DNA from: Bdellovibrionota bacterium | GTDB lineage: Bacteria > Bdellovibrionota_C > UBA2361 > JBGSMV01 | DNA: 27,543 nucleotides | Reading direction: 5' to 3' | NCBI GenBank assembly: GCA_044356455.1 | Contig: JBIKWF010000056.1 | Coordinates: forward strand, 1-27,543 | In this document: piece by piece, positions 8,103-17,941 of the stretch | Position numbering within the stretch: position 1 is the stretch's first letter | Layout of the letters: every line of letters starts with the position of its first letter | Translations under genes and position numbers: made by a program | The notes under the pieces: model-generated | What the model was told of the DNA's origin: nothing | What the model saw: the letters and a program-made list of their open reading frames with translations, nothing else | Databases searched by the model: none

Positions 8103-8116
8103 AGGAGTCTGTCCCG
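8103..8116 (+). repeat. Additional copy of the terminal repeat motif
   Basis: AGGAGTCTGTCCCG is the exact reverse complement of 8070-8083. Confidence 0.8.
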
Positions 8117-8280
8117 AAGGACGGGCCAGGCTCCTCTCCTATGCGGCTTTGCGGTTCAAGGAGAGAGTTGGCGTATACGCATCTCGTTGCGGGCCTCGTT
8201 GTCTGAACCAGATCATTCCTCCTGCGCCCTGCTCTTTGGGTCTACTTTCTGGATCCCTTTGCGGGGTACCGTAACGCTTT

Positions 8281-9480
8281 ATGTCTCTGCACCTTCCAAA
8301 ATTTGCGAAGTTCCTCGGTTTTGTGCTCGCCTGGTTCCTGTCTATCTTTTACCTTCTGCTCATTCCTTACGCCGTTTCAAAGCAAGGGGATTTTGTTCAT
8401 CTCTGGATTGGGGGGCGTGCTGTTCTATTGGGGGGAGGGGCGTACCTCTATAATCCTGAAAGTCATTTGGAGATTCTACAGAGCACAGGGTACCCTGTTT
8501 CCGCGTTCTGGGGGGCCGGGCACGCCCTGATTGGGGCCTTTTACTACCCACCCCCGGCTATCCTCTGGTACGCGCCTCTTGCGTTGTTCCCCCTGGCTAC
8601 CGCTCAGGCGATTCAAGCCGTAGTCACTTGGGCATTGGTGCTTGTTTGTGGATTCCTTATCTCGAATCTTGCAGGCAAGCGACTCTCTCTCTCGTGGTCT
8701 ATTGCGCTTCTCTTCCTTTCGCCTCCTGTCTTTCACTCATTTGCGTTAGGGCAAAATGGGGTTATGTCGCTCAGCATTATTCTCGGGGCCTTTTGGCTCG
8801 AGAAACTGGGGAGGCCATATGCAGCAGGAGCCACGTTAGCGCTCTTTTCCTATAAGCCAACCTGGCTTGGTTCAGTAATCTGGTACCCGGTTGTCCCTTG
8901 GAGACCGAGAGTTCTCCTCTCGTTCACGTTGGGGATTCTGGCTCTAACCCTCCTCTCAGCAGCTTTTGTCGGGCTACGCCCATTTGCCGAGTTCTTCTCA
9001 CTCTTGGGCACCCTCTTTGCCCTTCCGCAGCTCCCCGGCTATTCATACTCCACTCAGTGCAGCGTGGCCGCACTAGCCAGAGCCCTCTTTCGGGACCCTT
9101 CCGTTGCGTTTCTCATATCATCCTTGGTTGCGGCTTTCGCAGTCATCCTCTCTTCTCTGGTATTAAAAAGAGGGCATAAGACAACCAAGGATTCCAGCGA
9201 AAGGTTTGCCCTTGTTCTTCTTTGCGCAAGTTGTGTAACCCCGCACTTGCATCATTACGATCTTACGCTTGCCTGGGCGGCTATGCTGCTTGTCTTTGCG
9301 AGTGTCGATTGGCGGGATAACCGAAATCTAGGGGTTCTCATTCCTCTCTTTGCGCTCTGGGCGACGAGTTTTTATCTTGATCCAGTGAGAGGGGTGCAGC
9401 CCGTCACAATTACGCTACTTATTGCATTTCTTGCGGTAGCGATAATGTCTTCGCAAAAGAAGAGCGTGCCTAATTTGTGA
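8281..9480 (+). CDS. Glycosyltransferase family 87 (GT-C fold, DUF2029-like)
   Basis: GDFVHLW.GG, FYYPP, ALGQN, YKP and HHYD motifs; about 10 hydrophobic segments. Confidence 0.85.
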   Translation: MSLHLPKFAKFLGFVLAWFLSIFYLLLIPYAVSKQGDFVHLWIGGRAVLLGGGAYLYNPESHLEILQSTGYPVSAFWGAGHALIGAFYYPPPAILWYAPLALFPLATAQAIQAVVTWALVLVCGFLISNLAGKRLSLSWSIALLFLSPPVFHSFALGQNGVMSLSIILGAFWLEKLGRPYAAGATLALFSYKPTWLGSVIWYPVVPWRPRVLLSFTLGILALTLLSAAFVGLRPFAEFFSLLGTLFALPQLPGYSYSTQCSVAALARALFRDPSVAFLISSLVAAFAVILSSLVLKRGHKTTKDSSERFALVLLCASCVTPHLHHYDLTLAWAAMLLVFASVDWRDNRNLGVLIPLFALWATSFYLDPVRGVQPVTITLLIAFLAVAIMSSQKKSVPNL

Positions 9481-9518
9481 CACTATTAAGGCCCCGGAGA
9501 GAGGGTGTTTTTATGTGC

Positions 9519-10115
9519 TCAGCGAACGCTATCTTTTGACTTTGCCGGCCTTACATAGCGAGGGTCGAGAGCAAAAAAATCCGAAATAGCGCGGCTCAGT
9601 GCCACAAATTTCTCTCCTCGAGAGGTGAGCTCAAACCTCCCATTCTCAAGCTCTCGAATGTTTCCAACTTCAATTTGTTCCTTCATTCTTCGATGAGCAG
9701 CCTCATATTCATCGATATAGACCTCGTGCAGCGCCGCAGTCAGGGTTTTTTCATCGGCCCTGCTTTCGGGAAGGTCGCTCAGATACGAGAGTAAGAAGAC
9801 TGATACCGATCTATCTACCGTGACGGGCAAAACAACGAGAAAGACGACACTTATCGAAAATCCAAGAGAAGACACGACGAGACGATCTCGAATATCCTTG
9901 CTCCAGCACAATCCTAGACTCGGAAGAATGAAAATGAAGGCCGCAGAGATAGCCGCGCAGCCAAGCCCCCTAAAGAAGACTCCGGAGGGAAGAACTGAAG
10001 AGGAATAGCGAAGCAGGACACAAAACAAGGCAACTTGAAGGCAAGCAAGCATTCCAAAGTGAAATACCATCCTCACGGTACTAGGGGCCGATCGGTGCTT
10101 TATCAGATGTTCCAT
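9519..10115 (-). CDS. Hypothetical membrane protein, about 3 TM helices plus a winged-helix-like soluble domain
   Basis: Three hydrophobic segments, then PVTVDRSVSVFLL...RRMKEQIEVGNIRE...FELTSRG, which resembles a wHTH wing. Confidence 0.75.
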   Translation of the reverse strand: MEHLIKHRSAPSTVRMVFHFGMLACLQVALFCVLLRYSSSVLPSGVFFRGLGCAAISAAFIFILPSLGLCWSKDIRDRLVVSSLGFSISVVFLVVLPVTVDRSVSVFLLSYLSDLPESRADEKTLTAALHEVYIDEYEAAHRRMKEQIEVGNIRELENGRFELTSRGEKFVALSRAISDFFALDPRYVRPAKSKDSVR

Positions 10116-10386
10116 TTGACTTTGGGCGTGACTAAGAGCTCTTTATGGGGCAGAAGTTACCATGTCCCCCTTCGCCTTGGGAGAGGAGATACAAGGGACG
10201 CATGAGAACTTTGTGGAACAACACCGCTTGGCTCAAGGATAGAAAAAGAGCCCCTAGTGTGCGCGCTACATTAGAAAATAATTATTCCCATTTAGGATAA
10301 TCCGTAGGTAGGCTCTATCGCTGCGAACTCGGAATAAAGCGACTAAGTCCCTATCTAAGCCGCCTCTTTCGGGCGTCGAACATGCT

Positions 10387-11757
10387 ATGCAGAGAAAATG
10401 GTCTCAAATTTGGGCTAAGCTAGGGTTCCTTGCCCTGATTCTGGAAGCCATTCTTTTGGTCGCTCTCTACGCGCATTCCTACCGAGCGATAACTCGCCTC
10501 GACTCGGGAGAGACGCCTCTCTATGTAGATGCGCGAGGATACCTGAAGCTCTCCGAAATGTTTACTGATGGAAGTTTTCTCTCGACCAGTGAATCGCTCA
10601 ATTCGATTGACCGAGTACGCAGGCCTCCAGGATTTCCAGCTATTATAAGCCTGTCCTCCTTTATATTAGATCGAGAACCCGCACACGCTCTTGCCCTTGT
10701 CCACTTTTGGGCAGGCTTACTTGTTATGCTGGGGCTTTGGTATTTTGTGGGCAAGGGAATAACGCCAGGTGCAACTCTGCTCGCGCTCTATCTTTCAGGA
10801 TTCTTTGCCTTGCAGGATCCCTTTCGTGGGGCCATTCCGGAGTGGCTGCTCTTTCTTGCACTTCTTGCGTTCTCTATTTGCCTGATTTGTTTCTTTAGGA
10901 AAGTAAGTGCAGGGAACTCGTTGCTTCTGATTTCTCTGATGACATTCATCTCTCTTCTCAAGTCTGTATTTACTCCCTTTGTAGGCGTAGTCTGTCTTCT
11001 TATTGCTTTTCAAAAGTCACTCTCGCCTCGTGCCAGAATCTCTTCAATAAGCTTTGGTGTTGCACCACTTCTTCTCTGGTGTGGCATCAACTATTCAGTG
11101 CTCGGTACGCCTGCTCCCGCGGTAGATCTTGGATATAATCTTTTTGGGAGCACGGCGCTTCTCCCTTGGCCTGAATTAGGCTCAAAATCTCAAAAGGAAG
11201 AGACTTTTAGGAAGCTACTTGTGGAAAGGCGAGCTCGGGCGCCTGAAGATATCTTCGAATCTCTTAATACTAGGCACCCAGAGGTGAGTGTTCAGGACTA
11301 CAATATATGGGCAGTTGCGACTCCTACGTGTGAGGAGCTTAAGCTCGATTATTTGGAGTGTGAAAATTGGCTACGCAGTGTCGCCTTTGAGGTGGTACGG
11401 GCGAGCCCCGTGAACTATATCGAGTATGTCATTGCTCAAATTCGGCTAGATAAGAATCGCTGGAGTTTGGAAGTGATGCTGTGGTTCTTGGTTCTTGCCA
11501 TGGTGGTAACCAGGCTTTGTTTTCCCAATTCCTATACTCTCGGGATTTCAAAGGCTGTGCAGGCCTATGCAGTTCTTGCTCTGCTCACAGCAGCCTTTCA
11601 TGCCGTGTTTGCGCAGCTCTATTTGAGGTATCTCTTCCCGTGCCATCGCAGCCTCTTGATTGCTGGTACTCTGTTGCTCTTGAGTTCTCTGGTGGAGGCA
11701 CTCCGTTGTATGGGAAGTAGGCGGATTGAGTCTCAGTTCGATAACGTACGTGTTTAG
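10387..11757 (+). CDS. Putative GT-C glycosyltransferase (ArnT/PMT-like polytopic membrane protein)
   Basis: TM1, then DARGY...RPPGFP; IPEW; LLKS; a large soluble loop before the C-terminal TMs; LRYLFP. Confidence 0.72.
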   Translation: MQRKWSQIWAKLGFLALILEAILLVALYAHSYRAITRLDSGETPLYVDARGYLKLSEMFTDGSFLSTSESLNSIDRVRRPPGFPAIISLSSFILDREPAHALALVHFWAGLLVMLGLWYFVGKGITPGATLLALYLSGFFALQDPFRGAIPEWLLFLALLAFSICLICFFRKVSAGNSLLLISLMTFISLLKSVFTPFVGVVCLLIAFQKSLSPRARISSISFGVAPLLLWCGINYSVLGTPAPAVDLGYNLFGSTALLPWPELGSKSQKEETFRKLLVERRARAPEDIFESLNTRHPEVSVQDYNIWAVATPTCEELKLDYLECENWLRSVAFEVVRASPVNYIEYVIAQIRLDKNRWSLEVMLWFLVLAMVVTRLCFPNSYTLGISKAVQAYAVLALLTAAFHAVFAQLYLRYLFPCHRSLLIAGTLLLLSSLVEALRCMGSRRIESQFDNVRV

Positions 11758-11814
11758 TTCTTGATCGTAGGCCTGTTCCATCTAACGGGCATCTCTATTA
11801 GATCTTTTAGAAGG

Positions 11815-13158
11815 TTAAGATTCACTTGTATTCCTGTTTCTCGGGCCCGTACTGCTCAAGCGCTGAAAGATCCCAACAACACCGAGCGCCAAAGCCGGAT
11901 GGAGTGGGACCAAGAATCTACCGTTCATCGCGCTCCATGTAGCCATGACTCCCAAAGTTATAGACACGCAGGGAACAAGAACCGAGTATCTAAGAGCGTA
12001 GGACGTCGCGCACAAAAGCCCCAAAAATGCAAAAGCTGCAAGCCAACGCTGAAAGAGAGTTGTGTCCCGATACCAAAGCGAATGTAGCTTAAGCAGAGCG
12101 AGCTCTGGGATCTTCATGAGGTTCTCACCGATCCAGCGCCGAGCCTCCTGCTGTGTAAATTGTGCAGAAAATACCTCGCACTGAATTCCCATCAAAGCTC
12201 GCTCGGCACATATCGCCTGTGCCTTTGAGTTGACGCGTGCAAATGCGTGTAGGTTTGATAGGCCACCTGCCGCCAGCGTTTCGTCGGAATAGCCCTCCAC
12301 GCTATTCATACCGCCTTGTGTCCCTAGTGGGAAAAAAGCTCCAGTAACGGCTACGTTTCGAATTCCCCATGGCAATACAAAAAGAAGTGCACATAGACAC
12401 AACCTCATGGACTCGTGTGAGGCCCGCGACTTGCCTACTTGGCGAACTCTTTGAAAATAGAAAGCGGCAATAATTCCCGGCAGAAAGAGAGAGAAGGAGT
12501 TGCGTATCAAGATGCCCAATCCGCAAATAGAACCCACTAGTTTCGGTTTGGATTCGTTGCGAGAGGCCAAATTGAATAGCTGAAATAATGTCAGCATAAT
12601 AACCAAGCTAGCTGGGATCTCTGTCAGAAACGAGTTCGCGTGCGCCAAATATTGAGTATCCGCAAGCGCCAAAAAAAATACCGCAAGCCCTCCAATGGTT
12701 CCCGCAACTCTGGTAGCAAGAAGCATTGCAATGCCATACGCCACAGACGCGAGAGCCATGTTTAGGACCCGCCATATCCAAAACTCTCTGCCAAAAACCC
12801 TATAAAGAGCAGCGAGAGCATATGGTAACGCAGGTGGTCTATAGGCGGTTTCGGTGAAATCTCCCTGCCTTGTTAAGAGTTGCTCATACAAAGCATCTCC
12901 GCTTAACTCGTAGGGACTCCTCCATTCAGAATCGCTCCATGCGTAACCAAAGCCTAAGCCCTTGAGCAGAGTCACCGCGATCATGTCATAGTCGTGACCA
13001 TCGCCAGGTTCGGGAGGGTGGTTTAGGATGCCGCTGGTACTTGCAATTGACACTGCAAGAGTAAAATAGACTGCCACGAGCCACGCGACGAGTTTAAAGT
13101 TGCGCATGGGGTTGATGGGAGCAGGGCTTAGGCTGCCTTGTAACGTAGCATCAATCAT
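11815..13158 (-). CDS. Putative GT-C glycosyltransferase (ArnT/PMT-like)
   Basis: DGHDYDMIA, AYRPPALP, FLTEIP, LIRN, LPWGIRN and GRFLVP motifs; many TMs. Confidence 0.82.
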   Translation of the reverse strand: MIDATLQGSLSPAPINPMRNFKLVAWLVAVYFTLAVSIASTSGILNHPPEPGDGHDYDMIAVTLLKGLGFGYAWSDSEWRSPYELSGDALYEQLLTRQGDFTETAYRPPALPYALAALYRVFGREFWIWRVLNMALASVAYGIAMLLATRVAGTIGGLAVFFLALADTQYLAHANSFLTEIPASLVIMLTLFQLFNLASRNESKPKLVGSICGLGILIRNSFSLFLPGIIAAFYFQRVRQVGKSRASHESMRLCLCALLFVLPWGIRNVAVTGAFFPLGTQGGMNSVEGYSDETLAAGGLSNLHAFARVNSKAQAICAERALMGIQCEVFSAQFTQQEARRWIGENLMKIPELALLKLHSLWYRDTTLFQRWLAAFAFLGLLCATSYALRYSVLVPCVSITLGVMATWSAMNGRFLVPLHPALALGVVGIFQRLSSTGPRNRNTSES

Positions 13159-14606
13159 GACGAAATTTCACCATTTTTGCGTTTTGGAAAGGTGAGGGCG
13201 CAGGCAATGCATAACAGGGGCTGAAGCGGCAAGGCATAGCGATTAGGGCCCTTGAGAAATAAAGCATATCCAACTGCACTGCATAAAACACTGAGGAGAC
13301 AAATCGAGATTAGGGTTCGAGCCTCAGAAGGAAGAGTGTTTTGCCTAAGCGCCATAAATCCCCGGGCAAAGCCGAGACAAGAGATCGCCCACAAAAGGTA
13401 CCACCACGCACTGAGAGGCAATTGGAGAATCGCGCCTCCTGATAAGGAGCCTTTAGCTTCTGTGATTTGAGAATCAAATGGTCCGAAGGAGCACATTCTA
13501 ATTGCAGATTGATATACTCGGGTGTTCTGCGAGCAATCTGCTACGTCACTGCTTACGGTCTCGTTTCCTGGGAGAAGTGTCTTCGCAAGAAAAGGTGGCA
13601 GGATCGACGCATGGCTCAGGGTAATCAGGCCTATACGATCCAGTATCGAACCAGGCCTGCTAATAAAGTAACGCCAAAGGAACTTCTCGTAGAATTCACT
13701 TACCCGTTCGGGTCCAAAAATCTTTATGAGCTCAGAGTTGAGATAGTAATAAAATGATACTCCAGGTCTATTTTCGGCTTCTGACTCATCCCAAAGTTCC
13801 TTTAATCGCGAGACTTCCCCTTTGAAGGGAGAATCGAGATATTCTTCAATCTCATTATTTGCGATACCCAGCACCATTTCCATTTGAAGCGAAGCCGAGC
13901 GATTAGGCGCCAGCAATCCAAAGTGTCCTGTGACCATCCCGCGATAGACCATCCATGGAAGGATGGTCGCGAAGCACCAAAATAAAAGGCGGAATGAGTA
14001 GCGTTGTTCGAAGGGAACTCGCTCAGAACGCACCGATGATTCTCCGGGCAAGAAAGGGTAGAGAAGAATCGCCGAAAGAAGCACAATCAGAAGCCCATTG
14101 GGGCGCACGAGCACCATCAGCCCACTCAAAACGCCTATCCACGAGAAATAGTGAGGGCTTTTCCCCAAACATCCGATTATTGCAAGAATAAAAGCAATCA
14201 GGAGCGTCGAAAATAGCGCGTCGGACATCATGAAACTGGAGTAGAGGCCGAGGGCAGGACAGATGCCGATCAACAGTCCGCAAAGAGAAGCTGCCCATGC
14301 GCTCGTTCGGCGTGAGAGGACGTGTGTGCAAAGTCCTGCCACTAGGGCGATTGAGAGGTGCTGCGCTAAGCTTATTACCAGCAAGTTTGGAGTAAATAGG
14401 AAAAAGGCTGAGAGAAAAGTCGAATAGCCTGGGGTGCGAACGTCTTGAACGGGAAAATAAAGATGGTGCGCTTGTATCCATCCAGCGCCCAAGTAAAAGG
14501 GGCTGTCCATGGTCACGCAGAGTGGAAGACAGATGAAATAGATTAGCTGAATAATGGTTGAAAGCATCAACACTTTCCAGCTGCTAGGGCATGATATGCC
14601 AGTCAT
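13155..14606 (-). CDS. Putative GT-C glycosyltransferase (ArnT/PMT-like)
   Basis: DSPFY, RTPGYSTFL, MMSDALF, LVRPNG, LPW, NRYALP; ATGA overlap with the downstream paralog. Confidence 0.8.
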   Translation of the reverse strand: MTGISCPSSWKVLMLSTIIQLIYFICLPLCVTMDSPFYLGAGWIQAHHLYFPVQDVRTPGYSTFLSAFFLFTPNLLVISLAQHLSIALVAGLCTHVLSRRTSAWAASLCGLLIGICPALGLYSSFMMSDALFSTLLIAFILAIIGCLGKSPHYFSWIGVLSGLMVLVRPNGLLIVLLSAILLYPFLPGESSVRSERVPFEQRYSFRLLFWCFATILPWMVYRGMVTGHFGLLAPNRSASLQMEMVLGIANNEIEEYLDSPFKGEVSRLKELWDESEAENRPGVSFYYYLNSELIKIFGPERVSEFYEKFLWRYFISRPGSILDRIGLITLSHASILPPFLAKTLLPGNETVSSDVADCSQNTRVYQSAIRMCSFGPFDSQITEAKGSLSGGAILQLPLSAWWYLLWAISCLGFARGFMALRQNTLPSEARTLISICLLSVLCSAVGYALFLKGPNRYALPLQPLLCIACALTFPKRKNGEISS

Positions 14607-14742
14607 CCATTATCCATTGATCGGTTGCTAATTTCCTGCCCTGATAAAAGGTAAACTCTATCGTTGGACATATGACAGTAGACTCAGAAGGGAGAAAAGG
14701 TACAATTGGAGATCGAAACATCGTGGTCGACGCAGCTCCCGT

Positions 14743-15722
14743 ATGAACACTCCCCTCCAAGGTCCACCTCTAGTGAGCTATGTAGTTGCCTCCTATAATC
14801 ACGTCGCTTACGTTGAGGATGCTATTCGATCCATCCGTAATCAGCAGTACTCAAACTTGGAGTTAGTTGTTATCGACGACGGTTCTACAGACGGAACCAT
14901 CGAGCGACTTGCTGAGCTTCTCAAAGATATTCCCTGGGCGAGGCTCGTTCGTCAGAGTAACAATGGTGTAGTTCACGCGAGGAATCATGGAGTACAACTA
15001 GCTTCGGGGAAATATATCAGCATAATTGACTCCGATGACGCGATTCCTTTAAGCCGAACTTCTCGGCTTGTTGAGGCGCTTGAAGGCCAGCCTTCGGCGG
15101 TGCTCGCATACGGAGATGTGTCAATTCTTGCCTCCAGAGGTGCCGTAAAAGGCCTCTTTTCGAACTTGTATCCGGTAAAGAGTGGAGAGTTCTCAGACTC
15201 GTTATTCCTCCATTACTGTTTTGTGCCGGCTGCGAGTGTCATGTTTCGGCGTGATGCGTTCCTTCAGTCAGGACCTTTCTGGGGCCCAGGGCCTCCACCG
15301 ACTATTTGAAGTGGATAGATCTTGGTTTGATTGGGGACGTCGTTCGACTGAAGGGGCAGCCACTTAGAGGATGGCGCTGGCACTCTGCTAATACGAGCAG
15401 AAAAGGGGGAAAGGACATTGTCTTCCGCTATCAGGCGTTAAAGGACGGTCTCTTGCAACTCCTTGAGCGACATCCTGAATTCCGTTCCCGACTTAAGCCT
15501 CATCACATTAAACGCCGACTTTCTTGGTGCCACTTGATGGCCGGGTTTCATTTAGGCTTGGAAGATTGGCGAGAAGCTGCTCAAGCTCAGTTCCTCGAAG
15601 CTAATGGCATTCATAAATCTCTCGTAGCTTGCGCGTGCTTTCTAATGACGCATCCCACGGTATGGCCATTATCGCGAGGATGCTTTCGGCTTGCAAGCCG
15701 CATCGCATTTCCCGCAGTTTAA
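14743..15722 (+). pseudogene. Glycosyltransferase family 2, split by a 1-nt frameshift near 15290 (pseudogene or sequencing error)
   Basis: ORF 14743-15309 has PLVSYVVASYN, DDGSTD, ARN and DSDD. Adding one G to GGG at 15289-15291 gives WGPGASTDYLKW, which runs into ORF 15306-15722 and restores the GT2 xDY..W motif. Confidence 0.85.
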
Positions 15723-15837
15723 GAGCCAGTTCTCTGAGCCTGCCTATTGCTGGACAGTGAGTACAATGGTTCACAAAGCGGAGAGCAGTTCAATTTGAAA
15801 GTCTCAGCTGACAAATAGAGAGCAAGTAGAGGCACAC

Positions 15838-17592
15838 TCAGTCTTCGGTTACCTTCCCTTGGGAAATCTTGAGCGTTCGGGCTACATCACGAGGAAGGTT
15901 TAATCGGTGGACTGCCATTATAAGAGTTTTCTCCCCCCGAATCTGTCTGAAAATCTTCTCAAAAATAATGGCCTCCTTTTGGGGATCTACGGCTGAAGTT
16001 GGCTCATCGAGCACGATCACTTCGGCTTCGGAAAGAAGCGCTCGCGCAAGAAGTAGTCGCTGCCTTTGTCCACCAGAGAGAGAAATTCCGCGGTCTCCAA
16101 TTATCATATCGAGGCCCTCTGGTCGCTCTCGTACCACTGTATCAAGTTGGGCAATCTCGAGGGCTCGAAATAAATCGTTGTCATTCAAGCTACGCCGGCC
16201 GTCTAAGGTCATCACCAAGTTCGACCGAACAGTGCCGGCAAAAACTGGAGGTTCTTGGGGAATGTAAACCACCTTTTCTCGCCAAGACTCTAGGGATTGA
16301 TTGTCCAGCAGCTGGCCGTCGATCCAAATTTCTCCCTCTTGAGGCAGCAGGAGCCCAACCAAAAGGTCGATGGTTGTTGTTTTGCCAGCACCGGATTCTC
16401 CTTGAATTGCAACGACGTCGCCTCGGTGAATGGTGAGGTCGGCGGAATGAAGGATGGGCCGATCGAGAGAGTAGCCAAAAGTAACTTGTCGAAATTCGAT
16501 GGTATTAGAAAAGCTAATAGCTTTCTTACTCGTAGGGTGGGATTCTTGTTGGTTAGCTATGACGCCAATAGTTTCTATCAATGCGCCGAAAGAGGGAAGG
16601 TATCTGGACATGGCCTGGGCTGAGGAGAGTGTTTGGTTCGTGTAGTGGAATGCCCGGTACATGAGCATCAGCGAGAGGACAAAGTTCGAACCACCGTCTA
16701 GCTGGAATCCGTAAACGATCGCGATCAGTGCAGCGATTCCGATCGCGACTACCGTATCGGGGACAGTCTGCATTACTGCGGTTCCCCTGGCCGCTTGTAA
16801 ATTTGCCGATCGAGCTTGCTCAATTGCGGTGCTGAGTTCGGAGAGTCCAAGACGGTAGGCGCCTCCAAGCTTATAGAACTTGGCATTTTGAACTAATTCA
16901 ATGGCCTGCTTACTCTTTGAAGCCTGAGCTGGAGTGAGCCGCGAATAGGCAGCGTGAGTGCTCAAGTTTGTCAGCTTGAGGCACCAGGCGAGCGGGACAG
17001 CGATTATAATCGCAGCAAGTAGGGTGGGGGCGGAGACGTATGCCACGGTAGAAATAAACGCACCGGCCAAGATAAGAGAGGCAATAAAATTCGCGACGGT
17101 GGAACCTGCCGTGCCTGCTTCGCTCGGGAGCCTGGTTATAGCATCCACAAGCCGACCTAGCCCAAATCTTGATACATATTCCCAGCGCGCCTTCATAATG
17201 CCTTGGATTAACTGAGTTGAAGAATGCGCCTCAAATTTTGTTGATTGAATCGCTAATAATTGATGGGCAGTAAGCAACGCAGCGCCTCGGGCTAACATCA
17301 TTATTGTTACAAATGTTAGAAATTCTCCCATTCCTGGATTCGAGTTCCCAAGGAAGGTCAGAACAGAAGCGGCTATACCTAAATGTAACTGCCCCCCTTC
17401 GAATAGAGAGCTTGCGACTGGAAGAAGGGCGGCAAGCCCAAGAAGTTCGGAGATGGCGGCGAAGACGATTAGGCATACAACTGCCCCTCCCCTGCTCAAG
17501 CTAATTGTGCGCCAATACGCTAAGAAATGAAGGATAACCGATGAGGTCTGGTGCGGGAGTTGGCCTTGCATGCTAATTTCCTGGTTAAACAT
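15838..17592 (-). CDS. ABC exporter, fused permease + ATPase (PglK/MsbA-like; probable lipid-linked glycan flippase)
   Basis: N-terminal TM domain; GESGAGKTT, YIPQE, LSGGQRQR, IVLDEPTSAVD and VHRL all intact; glycan locus context. Confidence 0.9.
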   Translation of the reverse strand: MFNQEISMQGQLPHQTSSVILHFLAYWRTISLSRGGAVVCLIVFAAISELLGLAALLPVASSLFEGGQLHLGIAASVLTFLGNSNPGMGEFLTFVTIMMLARGAALLTAHQLLAIQSTKFEAHSSTQLIQGIMKARWEYVSRFGLGRLVDAITRLPSEAGTAGSTVANFIASLILAGAFISTVAYVSAPTLLAAIIIAVPLAWCLKLTNLSTHAAYSRLTPAQASKSKQAIELVQNAKFYKLGGAYRLGLSELSTAIEQARSANLQAARGTAVMQTVPDTVVAIGIAALIAIVYGFQLDGGSNFVLSLMLMYRAFHYTNQTLSSAQAMSRYLPSFGALIETIGVIANQQESHPTSKKAISFSNTIEFRQVTFGYSLDRPILHSADLTIHRGDVVAIQGESGAGKTTTIDLLVGLLLPQEGEIWIDGQLLDNQSLESWREKVVYIPQEPPVFAGTVRSNLVMTLDGRRSLNDNDLFRALEIAQLDTVVRERPEGLDMIIGDRGISLSGGQRQRLLLARALLSEAEVIVLDEPTSAVDPQKEAIIFEKIFRQIRGEKTLIMAVHRLNLPRDVARTLKISQGKVTED

Positions 17593-17941
17593 GAATCATT
17601 CATCCTCGCCAGGTCTTGCAATGCAGATCTAACGTTTGGCAGGGATCCAAAAGTTTCGAATTTCAGAACACGAATGATGGAAGAGGTCTGTTGCGGGGGG
17701 CCGTATTTCTCGAGTAAGGTTGCAATCGAGTCATATTGGAGCGCATTAGGCTCCCGCATACTAAAACTACCATAGAGCTGGCATACTCGGACAGAGAGTA
17801 CGTGTATTCGCTCATTCTGCGGTGGACCGAGGTTCGCTCCCGGCATCATTGAAGGTCGTAGCCCTGCTCTCTCGTTCGAGGTTGATTCTCGCCGAGGAAT
17901 GCCATTCTTCCAAAAATCGCGGTAGAGTCTTGGAACTAAAT

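Noticed and set aside
7814..8116. CRISPR array or integron attC interpretation of the repeats
   Set aside because: Copies are in mixed orientation with irregular spacing; no cas or integrase genes; I saw no convincing RYYYAAC...GTTRRRY-bounded sites.
7439..8453. ORFs 7439-7747 and 8022-8453
   Set aside because: They overlap real genes and run through repeat DNA; no transposase or other motifs.
17520..17849. 109-aa minus-strand ORF and 74-aa plus-strand ORF in the ABC/DUF115 gap
   Set aside because: Overlap the ABC gene start and show no motifs; likely a divergent promoter region.
17918..17929. ops-like CGCGGTAGAGTC upstream of the nonulosonate cassette
   Set aside because: Two mismatches to GGCGGTAGnnTG and no JUMPstart context; could be chance.
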